From Bacillota bacterium (GTDB lineage Bacteria > Bacillota_I > Bacilli_A > RFN20 > CAG-288): DNA of 64,000 bases. The translations under genes were made by a program, and so were the position numbers. Positions 27,745 to 35,900 of this stretch are shown piece by piece; positions within the stretch are counted from its first letter, which is position 1, and every line of letters begins with the position of its first letter. The stretch spans positions 1,212-65,211 of the forward strand of contig DAISOU010000006.1 of assembly GCA_036830315.1 (NCBI GenBank), read 5' to 3'. The notes beneath the pieces were generated by a model. It was given only the letters and a program-made list of their open reading frames with translations. It was not told where the DNA came from and did not search any database.

Positions 27745-28734
27745 ATGAACGAAACAATCCTCGAGAAGTCAGAAGAATACACTGATGTCGAATATACAAA
27801 TGCCCCACTGCATAAAAGATGGTTTGCCGGAATAATCGACATTTTCGTCATGGCTATTATCGCCCTGCTTCTTTACGGTCTTTCGATGATCGTGACTGAA
27901 AAGGTACCCGCCTATCAGAAGTTATCTACTGAGAACGATAAGATCCAGCTGGATTCAGGATTATATGTCAAAGACGGCGACAAGAACCGTCTTCTGACTT
28001 TTTATCTCGATGACAGCGAGAAGACAGACAAGGAAAAGAAAGAAGCATACAGCAAGGCTTTGGATGAATTCTATGTCAATTCTCTCTTCTTTGAAGATGA
28101 CCGGGGATCAGTTTCCTATCAGGAGAGAAAGAAGGCAGCCGTCGATGACAAATCCAATCTGGTTTTTGTTCTTTCGGGCACGGAATATGTTGAAAACGGA
28201 TATTCTGATACTATCTACTGCTCGTTCTATAAAAACGAAATCGAAAAATATGCTTCTGCTCAGCTTTCTCTTAATTCTAAGTATTCTGACAACAACAGAA
28301 TGATTGTCATCGTCTCGATTGCCGAACTCTTTATATGCGGAGCTTTTGGTTTTTCCTTCTCTTTCATTTTGATGCCTTTGTTCATCAAAAGAGGACGAAG
28401 GACAATCGGCATGTATCTCTTTAAGATCTCTCTTATCGGAGTGGATGCCCTCAATGTCAGAGGGAAGACACTTGTAGCCAGAAATCTTCTTCTTTTCTTT
28501 GTCGGCTATGTTTTTTCTGTCTTTACGGTCTTGATTCCTCTCATCGTTTCGATTACTATGATGCATTTATTTAAGACACATCAGGATTTCTTCGATTACA
28601 TAACTAATACTTATGTGGTTGATACTACAAAGCAGGACGTCTATCTTGATTTCTATGAGTATGATTCGAGAAAAGGAATGAAAAAAGAAGCTTCTATCGA
28701 AAAAGTGGATTTTAAGTTAACTGACAGAAACTGA
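27745..28734 (+). CDS. RDD-family membrane protein, second split copy
   Basis: KRWFAGIIDIF...TM1, a ~150-aa insert, then GRRTIGMYLFKISLIGVD. GGAG at 27735-27738 supports the ATG at 27745, one nt after the upstream TAA. Confidence 0.6.
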   Translation: MNETILEKSEEYTDVEYTNAPLHKRWFAGIIDIFVMAIIALLLYGLSMIVTEKVPAYQKLSTENDKIQLDSGLYVKDGDKNRLLTFYLDDSEKTDKEKKEAYSKALDEFYVNSLFFEDDRGSVSYQERKKAAVDDKSNLVFVLSGTEYVENGYSDTIYCSFYKNEIEKYASAQLSLNSKYSDNNRMIVIVSIAELFICGAFGFSFSFILMPLFIKRGRRTIGMYLFKISLIGVDALNVRGKTLVARNLLLFFVGYVFSVFTVLIPLIVSITMMHLFKTHQDFFDYITNTYVVDTTKQDVYLDFYEYDSRKGMKKEASIEKVDFKLTDRN

Positions 28735-28774
28735 TAAAACGCTTTACAATCTGTGGCATTTCAATTTGGCGGGG

Positions 28775-28803
28775 TTGATAAAAAGACCTCATACCCTTAT
28801 AAT
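28775..28803 (+). promoter_or_regulatory. Near-consensus promoter of the ABC/nuclease operon
   Basis: TTGATA (28775-28780), 17-nt spacer, TATAAT (28798-28803). Confidence 0.65.
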
Positions 28804-28825
28804 TAGTCTTACTATATATATTTAT

Positions 28826-28840
28826 ATGTAACCGCTATCC
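28826..28840 (+). promoter_or_regulatory. cre-like element in the operon leader
   Basis: ATGTAACCGCTATCC matches the degenerate cre consensus WTGNAANCGNWNNCW at 14 of 15 positions. It lies between the -10 box and the RBS. Confidence 0.3.
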
Positions 28841-28865
28841 TCAACTTATTAAAAGGGGTCAAGTT

Positions 28866-30383
28866 ATGGAAATTAAGATGAAGCATCTGACGAAGACTTT
28901 TCCAGGCAATCCGAAGAAGCACATTCCTGATACGACAGCTGTCAACGATCTCAACATCGATGTCAAGGATGGTGAACTGTTAGGTCTTCTGGGTCCTTCA
29001 GGCTGTGGCAAATCAACTACTCTCTATATGATAGCTGGTCTAAAACAACCTACCGATGGCGAAATCTGGTTTGGCGATGAAGAAGTCACTCATCTAGCTC
29101 CTGAAAAGAGGGGAATCGGCTTAGTTTTCCAAAACTATGCCTTATATCCTCATCTTTCAGTGTATGACAATGTCTCTTTCCCTCTTACCAATCTGAGAGT
29201 TGAGACTTTTGCCGTTGACCATAAACTGGTCAACATCGATACTCTTCTTGCTGTCTTAAAGGATTCTGACACCCTGATCAACATCATCGAAAAGTCAGCC
29301 TTCAAGGGCAAGATCAGCAAAGACGGTGCTTCAAGAGCTATCGTCAATCACTATCATATCGTCACAAATTCTGCCAATACTTTATTTAAGTATCATCTTC
29401 ATGATACCAAAGAAGACAGAACTGAACTTCTCAATTCCATTTGCACCCGTCTTGAAGAAGACAAAGCCAAGGAAATTGCTTCTATCAATGAAAAGTTCTC
29501 CAAGAACAAGATCGGCGTAGAAACAGCTAAAGATGATGACACGAAGAACAAGTTCAAGCTTCAGCCTCATTCCATCAACGACCATTATGAGTTCCTCGAC
29601 TATAACGGCGAGAAAATTCCTCAGAAGAGACATCTCACTAAAGATGAAATCGATTCTCTGGTTCAGGAAGCAGCCCGTCTGGTTCAGATTGAAGACTTCC
29701 TCGATCGTAAGCCCAGTGAATTATCCGGCGGTCAGCAGCAGCGTGTCGCTATCGCCAGAGCCTTAGTCAAGAAACCGAGAGTTCTTCTTCTCGATGAACC
29801 TTTAAGCAACCTTGATGCCAGACTCAGGCTTCAGACTCGTGAAGAAATCAGAAGAATTCAGCAGGAGACTCATATCACCACTGTCTTCGTCACTCACGAT
29901 CAGGATGAGGCCATGTCTATCTGCGATGATATCGTCGTCATGAAAAACGGCGTCGCCATGCAGGAAAACCATCCTCAGGAAATCTACAAGGATCCTGACT
30001 GTCTCTTTGTCGCCAAGTTCTTAGGTAATCCGCCTATCAACGTCTTTAAAGGCGAAATAAAGAATCATCAGGTCATCGTCAATGGCGAAGTCATTCTCGA
30101 AAACGAGAAACTCGCCGATAATCCTGAAGTCTTTGCCGCTATCCGTCCGGAAGGATTCTTATGTGACGGCAATGAGGGTGTTTTAACTCTTGATGTCGAC
30201 AGCATCCTGACTATGGGACGCGATATCTCTCTCGTCTGCTCAAATCCTGCCTTTGTCGGAGAAAAGATCAAAATCATTGTCGACAGCGATATCAAGGTAT
30301 CAGTCGGCAAAGTCAAATTCGGCATCCGTCCCAATAAGATTTTCTTATTTGACGGCCAGACCGAACAGAGAATACGTTTTTAG
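28866..30383 (+). CDS. ABC transporter ATP-binding protein, MalK/UgpC/MsmK type, with a ~150-aa insert in the helical subdomain
   Basis: Walker A GPSGCGKST, Q-loop LVFQNYALYPHLSV, signature LSGGQQQRVAIARAL, Walker B LLLDEPLSNLD, H-loop VTHDQ, and a C-terminal TOBE-like regulatory domain. The Q-loop to signature distance is about 190 aa, against about 40 aa in canonical MalK. Confidence 0.9.
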   Translation: MEIKMKHLTKTFPGNPKKHIPDTTAVNDLNIDVKDGELLGLLGPSGCGKSTTLYMIAGLKQPTDGEIWFGDEEVTHLAPEKRGIGLVFQNYALYPHLSVYDNVSFPLTNLRVETFAVDHKLVNIDTLLAVLKDSDTLINIIEKSAFKGKISKDGASRAIVNHYHIVTNSANTLFKYHLHDTKEDRTELLNSICTRLEEDKAKEIASINEKFSKNKIGVETAKDDDTKNKFKLQPHSINDHYEFLDYNGEKIPQKRHLTKDEIDSLVQEAARLVQIEDFLDRKPSELSGGQQQRVAIARALVKKPRVLLLDEPLSNLDARLRLQTREEIRRIQQETHITTVFVTHDQDEAMSICDDIVVMKNGVAMQENHPQEIYKDPDCLFVAKFLGNPPINVFKGEIKNHQVIVNGEVILENEKLADNPEVFAAIRPEGFLCDGNEGVLTLDVDSILTMGRDISLVCSNPAFVGEKIKIIVDSDIKVSVGKVKFGIRPNKIFLFDGQTEQRIRF

Positions 30384-30393
30384 AGTGTGAAAG

Positions 30394-31338
30394 ATGGAAA
30401 GCAAGAATAATTGGAAGGCGTGGCTCTATTTAGCACCAGTCATCATTCTGACCGCCGTCTTTACTTTTTACCCCATTATCAACACTGTCGGCATTTCTTT
30501 TCTGAAGAACTATAACTCTCTTCAGCATACTTATGATGGTTTCACCTTTGATAACTATCTGGAGATCTTAATGATCAAGCCCTTCAGATCGACTGTGGTC
30601 GGCGATGTTTTCATCACTGACTTTATTCAGGTGGCTCTGCCTAATACTTTGCTGATCACCTTTATCACTGTTCCGATCTCTATTTTCCTGGCCTTGGCTA
30701 TCGCTATCGCCTTGAACTCAATAAAAATCCTGAAGAAACTCTTCCAGACTATCTTCTTCATGCCCTATGTCACAAATGCCATCGCTATCGGTATGGTTTT
30801 CTCCGTTATCTTCGACAATAACGGTATTGTGAACTACATATTCGGCAGTGACGTTCATTGGCTGTATGCCGGAAGCGGAGCTAACCCCAATTATTGGGCG
30901 GCTTTATTTGCTCTATCGGTCTATATCATCTGGCATTCGCTCCCCTATAAGATTCTCATCTTCTTAGGCGGTCTTCAGAATATCGACAATCAGTATTATG
31001 ATGCTGCCAAAATCGATGGTTCTTCTATGATGAAAATCATAAGAAGAGTCACTATTCCTCTTTTATCTCCTCAGATTCTCTATGTCATGATCACTTCCTT
31101 TATCGGCGCCTTTAAGGAATACACGAGCGTAGTCGCTATCTTCGGAGTCGGAGGCGGATCATTTGACGGAACGACCGGTCCTACTTCGATGAAGACTGTC
31201 GCTTTTTACATCTATGATCAGATGAGTTCGACTACCACCTTGCAATATGCAGCTGCAGCGGCTGTCATTCTCTTGATTATCATTTTGATATTCACAGCTG
31301 TTCAGAAGGTTGTCGCTAAGCGGAGGGTCCATTATTAA
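30394..31338 (+). CDS. Sugar-type ABC permease (MalF/UgpA-like)
   Basis: Six TM segments and an EAA-like loop YYDAAKIDGSSMMKIIRRVTIPLLSP. Confidence 0.9.
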   Translation: MESKNNWKAWLYLAPVIILTAVFTFYPIINTVGISFLKNYNSLQHTYDGFTFDNYLEILMIKPFRSTVVGDVFITDFIQVALPNTLLITFITVPISIFLALAIAIALNSIKILKKLFQTIFFMPYVTNAIAIGMVFSVIFDNNGIVNYIFGSDVHWLYAGSGANPNYWAALFALSVYIIWHSLPYKILIFLGGLQNIDNQYYDAAKIDGSSMMKIIRRVTIPLLSPQILYVMITSFIGAFKEYTSVVAIFGVGGGSFDGTTGPTSMKTVAFYIYDQMSSTTTLQYAAAAAVILLIIILIFTAVQKVVAKRRVHY

Positions 31339-32322
31339 ATGAATAACTATCAAGCTAATGAACCAGGCAGAGCTTTAGAGCTTAATGCCTCAACTAGCAA
31401 TCTCCACCTGGTTATCAAGAACGAACATCAGTCGACTGCCGTCAAGGAGAAGGTGACGAAAGTCAATCATGTTGTCGCTCTCGTTCTCACCTATGCCTTC
31501 TTGGTTCTGGTCGCTTTGCTTTTTATCTTCCCCTTCTACTGGATGGTCATCACCTCCTTCAAGAGCGGTGATGAAATCAAAGGATTCTTGGAAGGTTATG
31601 AAGGAGTTCAGACTTTCTGGCCGATCCAGTTTGTCAATAACTACGCTAACTTAAGCAAGAAATTCGATTTCAGTACCTATGGCGGTAACACTTTGCTTGT
31701 CGGCTTCTTCTCGACTTTAGGTACATTGATTACCTGTATCTTAAGTGCCTTTGCCTTCGCCCGTCTTGACTTCAAGGGCAAGAACTTCATGTTCACTCTC
31801 TTGCTCTCCACTATGATGATTCCGGGTGAAATGATGGTTATCACCAACTATATCTCTGTCTCTAACCTTCAGTGGACTGACGGCTCTCGTACCGGCGCTT
31901 ACTTAGCTATGATCATTCCTTTCATGGTATCTATCTTCTACATCTATCTTTTGAGACAGAACTTCATGCAGATACCTAATGAATTGTATTTAGCTGCCAA
32001 AGTAGACGGCAAGTCTGACTGGCAGTATCTGTGGAAAGTCATGGTTCCGTTAGCTATGCCTACCTTGATCACTATCTTCATCCTCAAGCTGATGGGTGCC
32101 TGGAACTCCTATATCTGGCCTAACTTGATTGCCGGCGGAAACGAAGAATTCAAATTGGTGTCTAACGGTCTCAGAGATTCCTTCCAGACTGGCACCAACT
32201 TCGATGAGTACGGACGCCAGATGGCTGCCACTGTCTTAGTTACCTTACCTCTTCTTCTTGTCTTCGTTCTCTTTAGAAAATATATTATGCGCGGCGTCAG
32301 CCGTGCAGGTATAAAGGGTTGA
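31339..32322 (+). CDS. Sugar-type ABC permease (MalG/UgpE-like)
   Basis: EAA loop LYLAAKVDGKSDWQYLWKVMVPLAMP. Its start codon directly abuts the upstream stop. Confidence 0.9.
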   Translation: MNNYQANEPGRALELNASTSNLHLVIKNEHQSTAVKEKVTKVNHVVALVLTYAFLVLVALLFIFPFYWMVITSFKSGDEIKGFLEGYEGVQTFWPIQFVNNYANLSKKFDFSTYGGNTLLVGFFSTLGTLITCILSAFAFARLDFKGKNFMFTLLLSTMMIPGEMMVITNYISVSNLQWTDGSRTGAYLAMIIPFMVSIFYIYLLRQNFMQIPNELYLAAKVDGKSDWQYLWKVMVPLAMPTLITIFILKLMGAWNSYIWPNLIAGGNEEFKLVSNGLRDSFQTGTNFDEYGRQMAATVLVTLPLLLVFVLFRKYIMRGVSRAGIKG

Positions 32323-32350
32323 TCAGAAAGTTCAAATAGAGGAAACACAT

Positions 32351-33814
32351 ATGAAAAAACCAGTCTTGATGATGTTGATGGCTGTCTCTCTCATCGCTAC
32401 CGGCTGCGGTTCGGATACAAGCAGTATCACCGGTAACAAGGATAAGGTAATCACCTTCTGGCACTGTATCGGACACGATAAGACCAAGAATCTTCAGGTC
32501 ATCATCGATAAGTTCAATGACGAGCATTCCACAGCTAAAGGCGGTGACGGCTATTCTGTCACAGCTGAAAAGCTTGCCGGTGACTATGATTCTCTGCATG
32601 ATTCCGTCAAAACCAAGCTCAATGCCGGCTATGTTCCGTCTATCACCATGGGTTATCCGGATTCCTTTGCCGAATATATCGGAACTGGCGGAGCTTCCGC
32701 TTCTAAGATTCTCAAGTTAGATGACCTTATTTCCGCTGATACTACCTTCAAGACCGGCGACTTTGTCACTGAGTACTACAATGAAGGAACTGGCTATCAG
32801 TATGAAGGCACTTATTCTCTTCCTCTTTATAAGTCCACTGAAGTCATGTACTACAACATCGATATGTTCCAGGGCACTACTTTCTATAAGAACAACAAGA
32901 GTGCTACCTATGGAGCAAATAATGCCGTATTAGGCAATCCCACTACTTGGGACTGGGATACTTTTGTCTATGTCGGAAAACAGATTCAGGCTGAACTCGG
33001 CGGTTCGACTTCTGATTTCCACGCTATCGGCTATGATTCTGATTCTAACCTCTTCATCAGTCAGATGGCTCAGAGAGATATTCCCTTCACTACTGCCGAA
33101 GGAAAAGGCGAAGCACATTTCAAGTTTATCGGATCTGATGGCAATCCTGATGCCAGATTGTCTTCCTTTGCTCAGAGTGTTTATGATTTAGCCATTGATA
33201 ACAATGACAACAAGGGAACTGTCTTAGTCACTAAGGGCTCCTATGGTTCTTATGCCTCTGACTTATTCAAGAAGAAGAAGGTCATGTTCACTATCGGTTC
33301 CACCGGCGGTTCTGCCTATAACGAACCTAACGGTTCCTTCACCTGCGGTCTTTCTTCAGTTCCTTCCTATAACAACAACAAGAAGTACATCATGCAGGGT
33401 CCATCTCTCTGCTTCTTTGATACCAAGGACACCGCCAAGGAAAAGGCAGCCTGGGAATTCTATTCCAAGTTTGTCTCCGATGCTTCTTTGAATGCTGCCT
33501 TAGCTCTTGAAAACTCCTACGATCCTATTAAGACCGCTTCTTATGAAACTGACAATTACAAGGAGTGGACCTCTTTAGGTGTCACTTCCGAAGGTGTTGA
33601 TGATACTTCAAAACAGCTCCAGTATCGTATCCCTAACCTCACTAAGACTTTGAAAGACAATTATATGACTTCTCCTGTCTTTATCGGTTCTAGCGCTGCC
33701 AGAACCGAAATCGGAAACATCATCAAGTACGCTAAGGAAAAAGGCGGAAAGGTCAATGATGCTATCAAACAGGCTTATACCAACTGTGTATTAGCTTCTA
33801 CCGATAAGGCATAA
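32351..33814 (+). CDS. Lipoprotein, family-1 extracellular solute-binding protein of the ABC importer
   Basis: Signal peptide plus lipobox MKKPVLMMLMAVSLIATGC (Cys19). 487 aa with an SBP_bac_1-like composition (ITFWHCIG...). It sits directly after the two permeases. Confidence 0.85.
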   Translation: MKKPVLMMLMAVSLIATGCGSDTSSITGNKDKVITFWHCIGHDKTKNLQVIIDKFNDEHSTAKGGDGYSVTAEKLAGDYDSLHDSVKTKLNAGYVPSITMGYPDSFAEYIGTGGASASKILKLDDLISADTTFKTGDFVTEYYNEGTGYQYEGTYSLPLYKSTEVMYYNIDMFQGTTFYKNNKSATYGANNAVLGNPTTWDWDTFVYVGKQIQAELGGSTSDFHAIGYDSDSNLFISQMAQRDIPFTTAEGKGEAHFKFIGSDGNPDARLSSFAQSVYDLAIDNNDNKGTVLVTKGSYGSYASDLFKKKKVMFTIGSTGGSAYNEPNGSFTCGLSSVPSYNNNKKYIMQGPSLCFFDTKDTAKEKAAWEFYSKFVSDASLNAALALENSYDPIKTASYETDNYKEWTSLGVTSEGVDDTSKQLQYRIPNLTKTLKDNYMTSPVFIGSSAARTEIGNIIKYAKEKGGKVNDAIKQAYTNCVLASTDKA

Positions 33815-33825
33815 AGGAGAAAAAA

Positions 33826-35607
33826 ATGAGAAAAAACAAGTATCTGATTGCGTTATCCCTCATCTCTTTCTTAGGCACCTCTTTGGCATCCTGTCAACAG
33901 CCTTCTTCCGTTGATACTTCTTCCTCGTCTTCCTCTTCCACTGTTATCGAAGATGTCGATGTAGTCGCTAACACTCACTTAAAACTCGATGCTGATATCT
34001 TCACCAAGGTCATGACGAATAAGACTTCAGCTGCCTATGACAAGACCAAAGCTGATTTCAATGCCACCGGCATTGAAAGAATGCTGACAGATTCTGACTA
34101 TGCTCCGAATAAACAAGATGCTGTATTCACCAATTATGTCGATGGTGATACTACTCAGCTGACTACCTATAACGGCAATTATACTGTCAAAGTCAGATAC
34201 CTGGCTGTCGATACTCCCGAATCCACTTCCGAGATTGAAGAGTGGGGCAAATCTGCTTCTCTTTTCAACAAGGGAATTCTCAGCAAAGCCAAACATGTCA
34301 TCATTCAGTCGGCTAAATCTGCCAAGACGGGAAAAGAAGCTATCCCTGATATCGACACATATCAAAGATCTTTAGCCTATGTCTGGTATTCCAATGCCGA
34401 TACTCCGACTCAGGATACTTTCAGAAACCTGAATCTGGAATTGGTCTATAACGGCTATTCCATCTTCTCTGGTGAACAAAGCGAGATGGATGCTGATTTC
34501 TACAATGCTTTCATGCAGGCTAATGACATCGCCAGATATAAGAAGCTTCATATCTATACCGACAAGGTCAATTCTGACGAACATTATTATTATGATGCCC
34601 CTCAGAAGTTAGGTCTTGATACTCTTTACAATGAAGACTATTACACCAATACTGCTGCCGGCGGATACAAGTATTCAACTTATTGCGATGAGTACACTCA
34701 CTGGACTTTTGAAGGTGTTGTCAGCCGTAAGGTCGGAAACGCTTTCTATATCCAGGATCAGATTGACGGAAAGTATTATGGCCTTTATGTCTTTACTTTG
34801 AGAAGTTATGCTCCTATTGTCATCGGAAACAGAATCAAAGTAACTGGCGTCTTGTCCTTCTATGGCGGCGCTTATGAATTAAGTGGTGTCTCCTATTCTT
34901 TCTTCAATCATGCTGAAGGAGATATCGAATACGTCACTGATACTGACGGCAAGAAAGTCACTGAGACTGTCACTCCTGTCGAAGTAACAGCCGGTCAGAT
35001 GGCAAGCGGCGATTATCCCTGTGTCTTAGTCAAACTCAAAGGCACTGGAACCGACAATAACATTTACTTCAACACCTATTTCACCAAGTATGGTTCAAAT
35101 TCCTTTGGCGGATCTGAAGAAATCAACATGTATAACAGTGCCTATCCTTTCTACAACACTGATAACAAGATTGTTGTCTTTGGAAAACTTGGCTCTGATA
35201 CCGCCAATGTCACTTCTTCTGACTCTGACGATATCATCCGTGTCGTTGTTCCTTCTGATATCGTCTTATCAGATCCTGTCGATGACAAGGCTATCGTCAC
35301 TTACAAATACTTTACCGGAACCTTAAATTCAGCAGGTAAAGAAGGCTATCATTACTATGTTGACAAGACAGTCGAAAACAATGCCTTGTTGGCATCTCAG
35401 TTAGAAGACGGAACTAAAACCTATGATTCCTTAGATGAAGCAACTAAAAAGGCTGTAACCCGTACTTCTTTTGTCAGAAAGAAAGTCAATGACGCTGTCG
35501 GTATTGCCCAGAACTATATTTCCGCTTCCGGTAAGACCGCCAAGTATTCTCTCAACATCTGCTCTGCTCGCAATGACTTTGATAATTTCGCTGAGGTCGG
35601 TGAATAA
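33826..35607 (+). CDS. Lipoprotein with a staphylococcal-nuclease (SNase/thermonuclease) domain plus an OB-like C-terminal module
   Basis: Lipobox LGTSLASC (Cys23). SNase catalytic pattern YVDGDTT...VRYLAVDTPES...YQRSLAYVW. Downstream OB-like segment FEGVVSRKVGNAFYIQDQIDGKYYGLYVF...IKVTGVLSFYGGAYELS. Confidence 0.85.
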   Translation: MRKNKYLIALSLISFLGTSLASCQQPSSVDTSSSSSSSTVIEDVDVVANTHLKLDADIFTKVMTNKTSAAYDKTKADFNATGIERMLTDSDYAPNKQDAVFTNYVDGDTTQLTTYNGNYTVKVRYLAVDTPESTSEIEEWGKSASLFNKGILSKAKHVIIQSAKSAKTGKEAIPDIDTYQRSLAYVWYSNADTPTQDTFRNLNLELVYNGYSIFSGEQSEMDADFYNAFMQANDIARYKKLHIYTDKVNSDEHYYYDAPQKLGLDTLYNEDYYTNTAAGGYKYSTYCDEYTHWTFEGVVSRKVGNAFYIQDQIDGKYYGLYVFTLRSYAPIVIGNRIKVTGVLSFYGGAYELSGVSYSFFNHAEGDIEYVTDTDGKKVTETVTPVEVTAGQMASGDYPCVLVKLKGTGTDNNIYFNTYFTKYGSNSFGGSEEINMYNSAYPFYNTDNKIVVFGKLGSDTANVTSSDSDDIIRVVVPSDIVLSDPVDDKAIVTYKYFTGTLNSAGKEGYHYYVDKTVENNALLASQLEDGTKTYDSLDEATKKAVTRTSFVRKKVNDAVGIAQNYISASGKTAKYSLNICSARNDFDNFAEVGE

Positions 35608-35882
35608 TGTCTGAGAATCTTGATGATCGTACCAGAAGCCAAAAGCTTCACCAGGAAAGCCAGAAGGAATATGACAAAGCTCAGAATGCGCTTTGCTTCG
35701 TGGTTTTAGGTGCTATCTTTCTAGCTATCGGCATCATCTTCATTTTCTTGGCAAATAAGAGAGAGAACAATTTAGGACTGATAGCAGGCGGTGGCTTCTT
35801 GATCTATGGCGGAATCAAATTCTTCATCGCCTTCAAAAACAGACGCGTAATTCTCAGAGAAATCAACACTCTGAAGAAATAA
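35607..35882 (+). CDS. Small 2-TM membrane protein (91 aa)
   Basis: Two hydrophobic helices (ALCFVVLGAIFLAIGIIFIFL and GLIAGGGFLIYGGIKFFIAF). Its ATG shares one nt with the nuclease stop (TAATG), implying translational coupling. Confidence 0.55.
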   Translation: MSENLDDRTRSQKLHQESQKEYDKAQNALCFVVLGAIFLAIGIIFIFLANKRENNLGLIAGGGFLIYGGIKFFIAFKNRRVILREINTLKK

Positions 35883-35900
35883 AGAAAGGAAATTGCTTAT

